Shown in pieces: positions 23,701 through 38,000 of a stretch of DNA of 64,000 nt. A program made the translations under genes and the position numbers. The stretch's first letter is position 1, and the number at the start of each line of letters is the position of its first letter. The notes beneath the pieces are model-generated. The model was given only the letters and a program-made list of their open reading frames with translations, was not told where the DNA came from and did no database searches. Source of the DNA: Eledone cirrhosa (taxonomy: Eukaryota); NCBI GenBank assembly GCA_964016885.1, contig OZ024742.1, positions 302,870,001-302,934,000 of the forward strand, in the 5' to 3' direction.

Positions 23701-23824
23701 TCATTCTGTTTATCCTCTTTTTCTGCCATCTTGTCATCTCTAGGTATCATTGTGTCAACGAAGGGACAATATATTTTTCTTGTCTACCAATATCAGAGCA
23801 GATCCTCTTCTTGTGATATTCTTA

Positions 23825-24019
23825 TCACATTGTATATTGAATGTAATCAGAGTTGAATATCACCAAGACCATGAGGATATTGGAGTGAGGTGTGGCTTGG
23901 GTGAATTTATCGAGTCTTTCGTATAACTGTTTCTTTGTCCCGTTCGTTTGAATCATGGTTGCAACATACGTATTGATGATGGTGACATAGTCACTGTCAG
24001 AATAGAGACATACTACCAT
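23825..24019 (-). pseudogene. Decayed RTE-type AP-endonuclease fragment
   Basis: TIINTYVAT...QLYERL......LMVLVIFN resembles the YAPT...FY..L...GDFN pattern. Confidence 0.45.
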
Positions 24020-24544
24020 TAGCCATCATATATACATGTATGCATGCATATCAGTATCTGTATTATTTTCTATGTGTCTGTATATGTGTATGGTTTTTTT
24101 TTTTTTTTATTAAATGAGCACAACGCAATTGACGAACGAACACTTTCTAATTCGTATTCTAGCATTTTTATGATACCAAAAAACAAAAAAGAAAAGAAAA
24201 CAAAAAAAAAACACACAAAAAAACAAAAAAACAACAACAAACAAGTCAATGTATTCAACAACAGGCATTACTGATGAAAAGCATCTATAATATTTGTTTT
24301 GTATTAATTTTATTTTTTAAATTTGGTTATCGACTTCATTAAAAGGCTACAAGTCAATATCTGAATCTCCATCCTCCAACCACATTCACGCCTCAAACCA
24401 TTTCAATCTATGTGTTTTTCGTACCCCTTAACTGTCTAGAGTTCTAATTAGGACTTCCTGTAAACATGCGTGAGTTTTTCAATCCTATTTATCGGCGTCG
24501 CATAGATGACACAACAAGCAAATCGACACATAAAAACATACATT

Positions 24545-24687
<143 letters not shown>

Positions 24688-25217
24688 GTATGCATAAAAC
24701 AAAATACAATCTCATACAGAGGTAAATGAGCAAAAATGCACAAGCACTCATTCTGTGTCTCTCCATGTCTCTCCCTAGCACACACACACACAGACACATC
24801 CGTACACTCAGCGACGAGAATATACATGCACAGACACATGCACAGACACACGCAAACTAAGATATTCATATAACGACAGTCATAATCAAGCCACAAAATG
24901 AATTCTTTGATCTGCTTATTAAAACTGTGATATCGACACATAATGAGACAGGTTCCTGACATTTGATCACACCATGTATAACAAATATCTTAGAGATAAT
25001 AATAATAGAATATAATAATAATAAAGTAAGGATAATAATATATTTAATCATATCAATAAAGTCAACAGAATCGATTGACAATACCACATAGTATTAGTAT
25101 TAGTAGTATTAGTAATAGAAGTTGAAGTAATAGTAGTAGTAGTAGTTGTAGAAGTTTTAATAGTATTAGTAGTTGTACTTGTAGTAGTTGTAGTAGTAGT
25201 CGTAGTTGTTTGATGTA

Positions 25218-27810
25218 GTAATAATGATTTCATTTATTGGCCACAGGGGCCGACATATAGATGACAATACAAAAGACTGGGACAGTGGGGTTTTACAGAA
25301 AAATCAAGTAAACAATATGAATAACAATAACAAAGTAACAATAAAGTAACAATAAAATTACAAGGCAAAATTCCCCAATAAGGGGGATGACCACCTAGGG
25401 TTCGCTCAGGTACCCCACCGGTCCTGAACGACCCGACGCTTCGAGAGCACCCTGGAAGGGCACCCCTCTCCTCTTCAAATTTACCTACCTACAGCCGCAT
25501 GACCAGAGTAGGCCCACTCACACGGGCCATTCTCGCCACATTCACCCACCTTTCAGAAAATGTACTGGGGGGCAGCACTTCTCTCTCCACCCTCACCTTC
25601 CTTTCCAAGTGAAACTTGAAAAAGTTGATGAGGGATTGGCCGAAGAGAAAAGTGTCTGTCTTCAGTCCTTTCAACCTGGTCCACCATACAACCTCTTTCG
25701 CTACTGCCACCAGACAGAAGAAAATTGCCTGCCCTTCCTGGCCAAAAGAAGGCGGCGGGTCGATCTTCACTATGGACTCGGCCGATAGCCGGATCCGTTC
25801 TACACGCGACAACAGCTGTTCAACATAACTCCACACGTCAGTAATGCACGGACACTGGACGAGTGCGTGCAGAACGGTTTCGTCGCTCGGGCAGGTCCGT
25901 ATGACAGCACTTCCGTGCCTGTAGAGTTTATCTCGAACCGGCAGTGCCCCCCGGTAGCACTGCCAAGCGAGGGATTTTTGGAAATTATCCATCGTCCCCG
26001 GCTCGAAAGTCCTCCGGTACAGACTGGTTAGTTCGACTTCGTTGACGCCAGAGCCTCTCGGAGTGCGTCGTCGCACTTGCCCACCACTAATCCTCTATAG
26101 AACTCGAGAGTGGAAGTTCCAGTGACCGCATTGCCCGCCTGGTAGAGGGCAGTGAGTGCCTGGTAACATTCAAGATGCCAGTCACCCAGTCTCGGTCTCT
26201 TCTTGACTCAGGACTGCAACTCAGTCAAAGAAACGAGCTGCGGAAAGGCCCATCTGACAAACGGCGACCACACCTGTTCACCGTTTTGTCAGAATATCTG
26301 GAGATCCCGCAGCCTCAACGCGTGCCTGCGCATCATTAGCCACAGCATGCCCAGCCCTCTACGTAGAGGGTGCTGGCAGCAGATGGACCGCCTCACCAGC
26401 GGAACCTGACCCCTCCACAAGAATGTGAAGAGGAGCCGCTCCAAGATGGCGAGGCGCGAACGGGGGCAAGAGACGACAGTCAGACGGTAGTAGATGACGG
26501 ACGCGATGTACGCGTTCGCCACTTCCGCCCGACCTTTCAGTGATAGCTTCATCCCAACCCATTTCTAGGCGAGACTGACTACCCTGCTCGTCACTTCATC
26601 CCAATTCTTATCCACCTGGAGGTCTGGCCCGAACCAAACGCCTAGCAACTTTACCGGTCTGTCCGTCCAGAGCCTAACGACGCTGTTGGACGGCATGGAC
26701 TTGCCTCTCCAGGTGCCGAGTTGCAAGCCCACTGACTTTTCCGGGTTAAGTTTTGCTCCCGTCAACCTTTCATATTCCTCCAATAAGTTGCCGACCACCT
26801 CGATTTCTGAGATGTCCGACACCATCACGGTGATGTCGTCCGCATAAGCCGACACAGCCTTTCCGCGTCCCGGTTCGAGCGGGATGCCCTGCAACAGCTC
26901 CAGCTTCTGCAGTAAAGGCTCGAGAGTCAATACAGAAGGGAGGAGAGAGGGCACCCTTGACGGACCGATCGGGAAACCTGAAACGGTTCCGAGAGGTGGC
27001 CATTAATTTTGACCACCGAGCAGGTGCCGCTGTGTATTGCAGTGATCCAGCTTCTGAAGACGGGGCCGAAGCCAGCCGCCTTGAGGACAGCCTCCAGGTA
27101 CCGATGGTCGACCCTATCGAATGCTTTCGATTGATCTAAATTGATCAGAGCCCCACCGAAGCCAGGTTTACACCCTACCCTCTCTATGATGTATCGCATA
27201 GGCTGGAGCTTGTCGTGTATGGACCTGGTTGGGATTGCGCAAGTTTGCGCCTCCCCAACCAAATCCCCGACGACAAGCGCCAACCTCTTCGCTAACACCC
27301 TAGCCAAAATCTAAACTCTGCTCAACACAGAATTATGGGCCTGAAGTTGTCTAATGTGTCCCTCTTGTTCTCGTCTTTCCTTATCAGCGTCACTACGCCC
27401 GGGCTCACAGAACTGGGAATACTTCCGTTTTGCTGCCAGTTGCAGTAGAGGGCTTCGAGGAGATTAGAGAACAAGTCTGGCATATTTACGTAAAGCTCGT
27501 AGGGAAGAGCATCCAAACCGGGTGATTTGCGCCTCATGCAGCCGACAAGGGCATCCTGAATCTCGGCTGAAGTAATTAGCCTTTCGCAGCGCCCAGCGTC
27601 AGCTGTCGAGAGTTGCGGCAAGCCATCGAGGTAGGGACTGAAGTCCGCCACCGTCTCTGACCCGCCACTTCCCCCGAACAACTGAGCAAAATGTTGGCGA
27701 AAGGCCTCACATATCCGCTTGGAATCGCTCAGCTCGTGTCGGTCTCGGTCCGTCAAAAGCCGAATCATGGTTTTATTAGCAGGCTGCGCATCTGCCACGC
27801 GGGCCCAGAC
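25218..27810 (-). mobile_element. Tx1-like LINE, 5'-truncated, decayed ORF2
   Basis: ORFs 27322-27852, 26927-27307, 26565-26954 (AYADD), 26289-26552 and 25489-26076 are homologous to 16168-18900; 3' end CCCTGTGGCCAATAAATGAAATCATTAT. Confidence 0.9.
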
Positions 27811-28570
27811 ATTCACAAATAATGGTTTCTGATTTAGGCACAAGGCCAACAATTTTTTTTGGGGGGGAAAAGTCGATTAAATCGACCCTAGTTCGTTACT
27901 GGTACTTCATTTTATCGACCCTGTAAGGGTCAAACGCAAAGCTAACGTCGGAAGGATTTGAAATCATAACGTAAAGGGCCGTAATTTTATACCATGGTCA
28001 GCAATTTGAAGAGGAGAAAGTCGATTAAATCGACCCCAGTGCATTACTGGTGCTTTATTTTATCGACTCCGTAAGGATGAAAGGAAAAGCTATAACCTCG
28101 GCGAGATTTGAACTCAGAACGTAAAGGGCCGTAACTCTATGCTGCAAAGCATGGTGTCCGACGCTTTACCGATACTGCCAATCCATCGTCCTAATAATAA
28201 TTGTTTCTACGTTAGGCACAAGGCCAGCAATTACCCAGTGCATTACTGGTACTTCATTTTATCGACCCCGTAAGGATGAAAGGCAAAGTCAACCTCGGCG
28301 TGATTTGAACTCAGATCGTAAAGGGACGTAACTATGCTGGAAAGCATGGCGTCCGACCCTCTACCGATAATGGTTTCTTATATAGGCACAAAGCCTGCAA
28401 TTTGGGGGAGGCGAAAGTCGATTAGATCGACCCCAGTGTGTGACTGGTATTTTATTTTATAGACCCCGTAAAGATGAAAGGGAAAGCTATAACCTTGACG
28501 GGATTTGAACCCGGAACGTAAAGGTGTCCGAAGCTTTACCGATACTCCCAATACACCACCCTAATAATAA
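27811..28570 (-). mobile_element. Cluster of ~4 Nin-domain tRNA-SINE copies (minus strand)
   Basis: Reverse complement of the SINE consensus (ATCGACCCCGTAAGGATGAAAGGCAAAG, GATTTGAACTC, ACCGATACTGCCAATCC), repeated. Confidence 0.88.
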
Positions 28571-28754
28571 TAATTTGTGTTTGGTTCTTGAGGAAAGCAC
28601 TATCTTTCACATTGCGTCAGTATACTCGGCTGAAACTGAGTACCAACAATAGCTGTCCAACTGTCATGTAACTTCAGTCGCTTCACCCCACGGAAACCAG
28701 AAGGAGCACCGGGCTGTTGAAACTCCAACCTTGAGATACACTTTATACACTTTA

Positions 28755-29336
<582 letters not shown>

Positions 29337-29554
29337 TAAACAAATTGTTAATATGTAAGTCACAATTAACTCAATGATTACAAAGATATACGTTATAATA
29401 ACGTCAAGCTTGAAATGGGCTACATTTGCAGTATTCAATATAATAATATAGTCGTACATGAATTTATAATGTTCAACGCAGAAATATATTGAAATATCAC
29501 TCGTTATTCCCGATTCTTAAGATTATGTTGGTAAGCTAATAACGGCCCACTCTC

Positions 29555-29586
<32 letters not shown>

Positions 29587-29606
29587 TGTATGTATGTATG
29601 TATATA

Positions 29607-29681
29607 TATGGTGTCCCTCAAAAATGTATACATACTTCAACCGCATTCTAATCAAAGTGTGTATAAATCTTTTGGGACACC

Positions 29682-29684
<3 letters not shown>
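29607..29684. mobile_element. ~80-bp Tc1/mariner-type MITE or internally deleted element
   Basis: Imperfect TIRs GGTGTCCCTCAAAAATGTATACATACT / AGTGTGTATAAATCTTTTGGGACACCCTG|TA, embedded in TA repeats. Confidence 0.65.
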
Positions 29685-29748
<64 letters not shown>

Positions 29749-30230
29749 TATAGTTATCGGTTATATATATTTGTGTATTTGGAAATATGTGCGTGCCATA
29801 AATATATACAGACATGTATACAATTTCGCGTAAAGTTAAGTTTTACAACATTGTACATTAACCTCAAATGCTGGTTATTTTTCTATATACAATGAAATAT
29901 ATTTCCCATTTTGCATTCATTTTACATATTTTATTCAATTCTGATCCTTCTATTTGGATCTCCTATATGCACACATCACCTCACAACTAAATATTTCTTT
30001 CAAACTCTGAATTCTTTTCTTTGTAATTTTTTTTTTACACTTTCTGCACAAATGTTTTCATCGATGTATTTCTAAGAAAATTCTATATGGAATGTATGTG
30101 TATATTAAGCCATTACATATTTCGTTAGTTGTTCCTAACATATACGTATCCTTCAGTATTTTAAATATATTTATATTACTTTTTTTCTTGGAATTTATTT
30201 TTTAATTTTTATATCACATGCTTTATTTAA

Positions 30231-30368
<138 letters not shown>

Positions 30369-30473
30369 GCATTTACACAAACAGATACACATATATCTCT
30401 ATATATAAATAGATACACACACACGCACACAGGCACACGCACACACACACATATGTGTATATTTATATATATA

Positions 30474-30511
<38 letters not shown>

Positions 30512-30519
30512 TATATATG

Positions 30520-30568
<49 letters not shown>

Positions 30569-31599
30569 ATAAATGTATGTATATATGTATATATGTTTTT
30601 TTTATTATTTTAGATGCGTGTGTTTGAAATTATTTATACTAAGAGTTGCTGGTTTCTCAGAAGCAAACTCTGTCATCGCCATTTAAACACCAACAAAATA
30701 TGTTTTCAAGCCAATCTTTAGAAAGTCTAGCATATAATCTCTGTCCTAGTTACAGATTGAATTTTCCAAAAAGCGTGTTAACGTTTTCTATATATTGAGA
30801 ACCTGAACTTTTGTATTGTTACAAGTATACATATGGAAATATTATCTTGCTAGAGTAGTATAAGCTATTGATAGAGTTACTTTGATAGAGTTACCTATAT
30901 AATGTGTTCTTACTTGCTGAGTTTGATTCTAATGTGCCAACTGTACAACTAACTCTTTAAACAGAATATATTCTTCCACTTTGATATTTGATGTTGGCGA
31001 TTCTGTCCCGAAAGCTATGTTAAAAATGTTCCATAATTGATTAGAAGACATTAAGCTTAGAACATTCTGGAAATGTTTTTTGTTTAAAATTATATAATTG
31101 TCACCATTTATTTGAAGTATCTTTATGTATAACTCAGCTATTCCCTGTTAGTCTTGGGTGATCTCTGATCGAGCGAACATACAATCAAAGATATTTAACA
31201 TGTGAATATTCTGTACTATTTCGTAACGAGATAAACTTATGACAGAGTTGCATGTACGTTTGAGAATGTCAGACAACGCTGTTTCAAGATTTGGTAATCC
31301 TTAATCAGTGACATTCATTCAATTCAACCCGTATTTGGCTTGGAAAAGCGTCCATATAGAATTTTGCGTGATAAACATTTACTGATAATACTCATTTGCA
31401 TATAACAAATAGAAAATATTGGCTGGAAACAATAATTTGCATATATAGTAAACTTGGCTGGTTGTATCTGAATGGCAGTAACACCAAGCCACCAGCGTTT
31501 AATCATAATATAGCTATGTATGAAAACATATCTAAACATATACTTTACTATATAAAATAAACATATGCGTAGTTACTGCTGAATCTAAATATATCATAA

Positions 31600-32650
31600 A
31601 ATGTAGGGAGTTTTAATATCCCACCCTCAATAATTTCACAAGCAGTTCCTAAAATATTAAAACGTCAACCACTTTTCTGTTATCCAGATGAAGAATTCAA
31701 TGTTAATTGTGAAGAAATATATGAGAAGTTGAATCAAGAGAAGATAAAATACAAAATGATTATGGGCGAGTTTAATGCCAAGGTGGTATCAATAAGTGAT
31801 TACTAAGAACATTTAGTGAGGCATAGAATTTATAGTGTGAAGGTATATTTGTAACTGTGAAGGTATATTTGTGACTGTGTTGGTATATTAGTTAATACCG
31901 TTTAGAGTGAGGTACATCACCTCCAGTACACAACAATAAACCACTTTATTAGATATTTCCTGATTAACCATTATAAAATGTCAAGATATGACACAACATC
32001 ACCTGTTTACAGTGGACGTGAATATCGTCTAGTAAGGGCAGCATGCAAGGTGAGTATGAGAAAAGAAAACACTAAATTATTCAGGAAAAGCCAGTAAGAA
32101 GTATATGTACGTGTTCTTACCAAATAGAATTATCAGACTGAAATAGAAAACAGATTTGAAGGGAAGGGTAAAACCAAACTTGTAGATAGCAGAAATGCTG
32201 CACTCAAGTTAGCAAGTTGAAAGAAATACGTCAAGTAAAAGACAAATTTGTGAGCGGAAACATAGTAGGAAACGAAAACAAACATTACTTAGAAACTGAA
32301 ATATGTAGGCATTAAGAAAAGGATGAAAGAGGAAACAGCAAAATTAAATATGCACAAAATTGAGCAAGCTTTACAGAATATAACAGTTTTATAATACTTA
32401 AAAGAAAGCTTATTTTCTCAAAACCCACACATTATTGCTTCGAAATCTAGAAATGGAGAAGTCATAAATATTATAGAAGAAGGATGTTATTCTCGAGCAA
32501 CACACGTTTCAAAATTCCACTTGTTGATGATGGATAAATGGAACATATCAAGTGACGAAAGTCAGAATGAATTGAAAGATATGAACATCGGAAAAGCAAT
32601 AGTTTAAAATGAAGCGCTTATTGGGTCTTCGCAAAGGAAACAGCGAAGTG
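31600..32650 (+). pseudogene. Highly decayed RTE-like LINE fragment
   Basis: ATGATTATGGGCGAGTTTAATGCCAAGGTG encodes MIMGEFNAKV (GDFNAKVG motif); A-rich coding-like composition downstream. Confidence 0.5.
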
Positions 32651-33097
32651 GTTAGGCACCTGGGTCAACGTTTCAGAAAAAATTTAAAATTAAACGACAT
32701 CTCCATCAACAAATGTTTATCTGATTTTGTCTTCTTGTTCACAGAACGCAGATGAAATATACTGGTATGGGGCCCATCCATGGATGTAGTATTTCCCTCT
32801 TCCTCATTTTCCATTATTTAGACACACTTCTTATTCATTCCTCTCTCTTTCTATTTATTATATAAATCCTCTTGTATAAATACTGCTATCATTATATATA
32901 TCTCTCTAACACTAACCCTAGCGAATTGTCTAAACCTGAGCGACACACGTCCCAGTCAATTGTGCACAATATAACTGTTTCGAGATCTCCCTTTTCCCCC
33001 GCAACTAAAATTTTGTTTCAGTATGATTTAAAAATATTAAATTCTGATTGCCGTATCATTTGCTCTACATGTTATGGATGTAATGTATGTATGTATG

Positions 33098-34371
33098 TTT
33101 TTCTCTTTCTCTTAATTTCGAGTATATTTTTTTGACCGGCCACCTTCCTGGTGGCAAGGTTGTAAAAGAAAAGAAATTGTCATCCCTTGAATCGCAAGAA
33201 TGTTTTGCAAACTTTGAAGGTGCCAGCTATCGCAGCCATTTGTAGACTATGAATTAGGGAGCTGCGCTTTTTGTCCGCAAATCCAAGTTCAGTCATACTT
33301 TGGTCCAAGCGGGTTGGTATATAACCCGTAGCACCAATAATGATGGGTATGAAGCTAAAGGTGTATCTTGGATACTGAATTTGTAAACTCCTCATCAATG
33401 GTCCGTAGATGTCCTCCTTCTCCTGTATTTTTCTGACAACGTTTACATCAAGTGGGCAGCTGATCTCCACAACAGAACACGTTTTCAATGTGTGGTCCCA
33501 AACTACAATATCAGGCCGGTTGTGCTTTAATTTGGTGGCAGTTTTTATTTTCAGGTTCCACCAGTATTCCTTAGTGCCATCTGTCTCAATATATTCTTCC
33601 TCGTTTGTTGTTAATTTTGTTTTCCGAAGTGCGTTCCAGATGGTTCTAGCTATCCCATCGTGTCTCATGGGGAGGTAGTAGCGAGATGACATTCTTTCGC
33701 AGCTGGCAACAATGTGGCTTACATCCTCGATCTTTGTTTTACATAGCCTACATTTATTGTCAGCTGCTGGCCCTCCTCTTTTGTTCAGCAGATATTTGGT
33801 AGGGAGTTCTTCCTGTATTGCATAGAGATATCCCTCAAGGCAAGGTGTGATGTCATAAACTTCTCGGAACTCCATGCCAGGCTTTTTGAGTGGTTTATCC
33901 TCTCTATGGTCTGTGTATTACGCCTCAAGTATCCATGCACAACTTTTTCTGTAAATTGGTCAATTTTTTTATCTTGTTTGAACATTGAATAGTATCTTCC
34001 AATTTCTCTGGGTGAGAGATTTATATCGGGCGTTATTCCATATCTCTCCTCCAGATCAGTCACTATTCTAATGATATTTCTTTTTTCATGCTCATAAACC
34101 TGGGTAAGATGGTTGCCAACCTTTTTCCTCTGTTGAAGGTGTTGCTTCAGTGTTACTATCCGGGTCTCATATGTTGGTAATATTGATTTTAGACTCCGGC
34201 CACCTTCCTTGCGTGAGAAGTATAGCCTATCCACATCACCATTGATGTTAAAGTTCCCAGTAACACTGAGAAGTTTTCGAGTTCTAACATCCATCTCACT
34301 TAGTTCTTGCAATGACCAGTTCAGTAGGCCAAATGTTGGCGTTAGAATTGGCACAGCATAAGTATTGTTAT
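33098..34371 (-). mobile_element. R4-like RLE retrotransposon 3' fragment in (TACA)n
   Basis: CRLCKTKIEDVSHIVASC, YYLPMRHD, HNRPDIVVWD, VVEISCPLD..KEDIY; (TATG)n flanks at ~33083-33097 and 34372-34420. Confidence 0.87.
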
Positions 34372-34420
34372 CTATGTATGTATGTATGTATGTATGTATG
34401 TATGTATGTATGTATGTATG

Positions 34421-37400
34421 TTCTTCTGGTTTTATAATTTCACAATTTTTTTCCGAATACAGAGAGTCGGGTTCTAACATAGACACAAGACTCTCTCATT
34501 GGAATTTACACAACATCAACTCAGTAGATTATGTATGCATGCATGTGTAGATATGGATGTTATTGTATGTGTGGATGTGGATGTTTTGAATTGTATTTGT
34601 GCATGTGTATATACTTTGTATCTGTACATGTGTTATTAGATGCAACATTTTTAGAATGTTTTACATATTTTTACTGTTCCAGTATTTTTACTGGATTGTA
34701 CTTGTAATTTCCTAACTAGTTGTGTTCTTTCTGTTCCTGTGAAGCCTAGCTTCTCAAGATTTGTATTGAGGCAGTTACTAACATACCCGAGTGCCCCAAT
34801 AATCACAGGCATAAATCTGAAGGTGCAATCAGGGTGGAGTATCTGCAGATTTATCATCAGTTCTGCATAAATATTCTCCTTTTCGCTAATCTTTGATACT
34901 ATATTGGCATCTGCTAGGCAGCTAATTTCCACTACTGTGTATGTTTTCTTCTCCCTGTCCCATATCATAATATCTGGTTGTTATGCCTGCATTTTATTGG
35001 GGTATTTAGTGGAACATTCTACCAGTACTTTTTCATATTATGTACATGGATGTCTTCGACATTGCTGTAACTTTTAATGTGTTTATTATGGGGACTATCC
35101 TTTTTAAGGATTGCATTGTACAGTGTTTTGGCCACTACATCATGCCTCATAGGTAGATAGTACCGCGATGACATCTTTGGAAGTTGCTGATGACATGGGT
35201 GATATCCTCGATGTTAGTTCTGCAGAGTCGGCACTTGTTATCACATCTAGGTGTTTTGCCTGCATCCCTATCTCTTTTGTGAATCAGGTATTTAGTGTTA
35301 ATTTCCCGTTCTTGGATTGCAAAAGCGTATCCTTCACTCTCACTCTGGAGCTTCCTGGCAACATATCGATGCATGATTGTTTGCTGATAAGCATGCAGTT
35401 TTTCATCCATGGATTCACTGCGATACTGCTGAGCGACATCCCTGGGTGTGAGTTTTTGATTATCAAACAGAGAATATCTCTCGAGGAGTTCCTTCCCAAC
35501 TCTCATGATCTTATCTGTTTCATGCAGATAGACTTGCTCGAGAAGCGGGCTCCTACGCTTCGAGGTTCGTAGATGTTGTCGGAGAGATATGATGCAACAT
35601 TCAAATGCTGTCTGGACTGATGTTAGGCCACTGCCTCCCTGCTTATGTTTGAAGTAAAGGCGGTCTATGTCACTGTTGATGTGGAAGTTTCCGGTGTTGT
35701 TTAGTATTTTTCGAGTTCCAACATCAACTGCTCGGATTTCGTCTAATGTCCAAACGTTGGTGTTAGGACAGGCACAGCAAACACATTGTGAGCCACTGTT
35801 TTGTTTTGCGCAGAGATTTCTGATGACCAAATCTTTCTTAATCGGGTGTAGTATTCCCTGGTTACGCGTTCTTTATTACAGATACCATTACAGGGTATGT
35901 TCTCATCTATCCCCAGATATCTGTAGCAGTCCTCATCAGATATCGGTGAAACAGTTAGGCCAATGATGACAATGTTGCTAGATTGGCTTGTTGTTTTTCC
36001 CCACTTTACAGTCATATATAAGCCTTTATCTTGGTCAAACTCCATTCCTATATCATTTGAGAACGTTGTAACCAGGTTATGATGTTTATTCATCACATCC
36101 ATGGCATAGAGTTTCAGATCATCCACAAAGAAATTATGGGTTAGGTACGTATTTCTGTCCTCCTGTGAGCCAATGATGTATCCTTCACATTTCCTGAGCA
36201 GAAAGGACAAAGTTTAATGACAAGATGAAAAATATCACAGAGAGACTGTCTCCCTGAAATATACCCCTGCGATATTTTATTTTATCAGTGAAAATAGAGT
36301 CCTCTTTCTCTGTCTTTAATCTTAGGATAGTAGCCCAAGAAGAAGACAGCTTCTCTATGGTTCTGATAATAATGTCTGGGACTTTAGCAAGTTGGAGGGC
36401 CTCTATCATCTAAGAGTGGGGAACAGAATCAAAACCTTTCCTGTAGTCCAGCCAGACTGTAGCCATATTCCTCCTAAGTTGTCGCACCTCCGACATCGCA
36501 GTTTTGTTGATTAGGAGTTGTTCAGCACATCCCCAAACCTCTTTCTTTCCAGGTGCTTGTTCATCTGTGATGATGTTATTATTTTCACAGTGATCTTGGA
36601 GGAATAGGTTCAGACAGGCTCTATACATCTTATACATCTGGTTCTGGCATGCTATCGGTCGGTAGTTTTTTGCCAAGTGGGTGTCATTGTTCTTGGGGAC
36701 CATTAATGTTTGTGCTCATGTCAACCATTCTGGTATAAGTATATTTCCCTTAAGAACTTGTTGGTAGAGGTCAGTAAGATACCTCCGATAGAATATCAGT
36801 TCTTTTGTACCAGTAGCCGACAATCATGTCTCTTCCTGGTGTTTTCTTATCTTGGAGTTTTCCTATCATAGTCTCAAGGGTACCCTCACTTATTTCGTTT
36901 GTTGTAGTGTAGGAGCAATAGTTCTTTCGGATTTCTCTTAGCCACACTGCATCTTGGTTGAAATTCTTCTTTTCACACCATCTTTTGCTCCAAAAGGAAT
37001 CTGTCTTTCTGGGATGGGACCTCAGCGACGCTCATTATTTTGTTCTTCATATCTCTATAGAGTGATGTTTGGTTTCGTCTGAATCTTTTATTAAGCACTT
37101 TTCTCTCATCTACCTTCTTCAGGTATCGGCGTTTTGCACTAACAGCTCTCAATTCTTGTTTGAGGGTGATCAGCTTATATTGAAGAGTTCTGGTTTTACT
37201 GTTACCAAACATCGTCTCTATTTTATTTTTCACTCTTTGTTGGTGAGGAGAGAGGTTTTTTGTGTTTGTTTGCATGTAAGGAGCATTGTCACATATCCTA
37301 TGGTTTTTCGTAGGTCAGCAATCTTTTTTTTCTATTTTAGTTATATATGATGGTATTTTTGGTGGTGTTTTGTTCTTGTTAATATCTCTGCTACCACCAA

Positions 37401-37602
37401 GATAATGCTTCACTGTCATTGCTAAGGCATATAAACAGGCGTTGATTTGCCAAAATGTTGGGGTTTTTATCCGTCGTAAATATTCATCCCCTATTTCGTC
37501 AATAACACGTAATATTTCATTTAAAAAAAAAAAAAAAAATTAAATATTGTCGTTTTAATACGTTCAGCAAGAGATATATTTCTACATTAATTAATTTCTC
37601 TC
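34421..37602 (-). mobile_element. R4-like RLE retrotransposon, decayed, in (TACA)n
   Basis: NYRPIACQN, WLDYRKGFDSVPHS, GIFQGDSLS, FVDDLKLY, RYLG, CRLC, VEISC; (TATG)n on both sides. Confidence 0.88.
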
Positions 37603-37852
37603 TATGTATGTATGTATGTATGTCCTTTGTCAGGTTTTGTTTTTTGTCCTCCAGGTGTCCAAAATCACCCTTTTCACCAAATAAACTTGGTGGGGTTGCC
37701 CGTTTAGTCGCCGACGACCCGAACGGAAGAACTCATAAGAGTCAATGGCCATCCAAAAATGTGTAAATATGTATACACGTGTATGCATGTGTATATGTAT
37801 CTGATACCATCAACACTATAAACACAGAGCTGGCGTATCTAAGAACTGACTA

Positions 37853-37898
37853 ACTGCCTGATGAGGTCATGGCTATCATCGAAATATATATAGCAGTA
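37853..37898 (+). ncRNA. Minimal type I hammerhead ribozyme (PLE-type)
   Basis: ACTGC-CTGATGA-(imperfect stem II)-GAAA-TATATA-TA-GCAGT; palindromic stem III; a short tail then (TA)n at 37939. Confidence 0.7.
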
Positions 37899-37937
37899 AA
37901 TAGAGGATTGTGAGTTTATACAATTGACTTATGTTTC

Positions 37938-38000
<63 letters not shown>

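Noticed and set aside
28600-28735. GC-richer minus-strand stretch ([19 protein letters not shown]...) as an exon
   Set aside because: No recognisable homology or clear donor site; may be a repeat fragment.
32720-32790. Possible host micro-exon (pyrimidine tract-ACAG...GT); similar case at 39678-39730
   Set aside because: Splice-like signals only, with no recognisable protein; needs RNA-seq.
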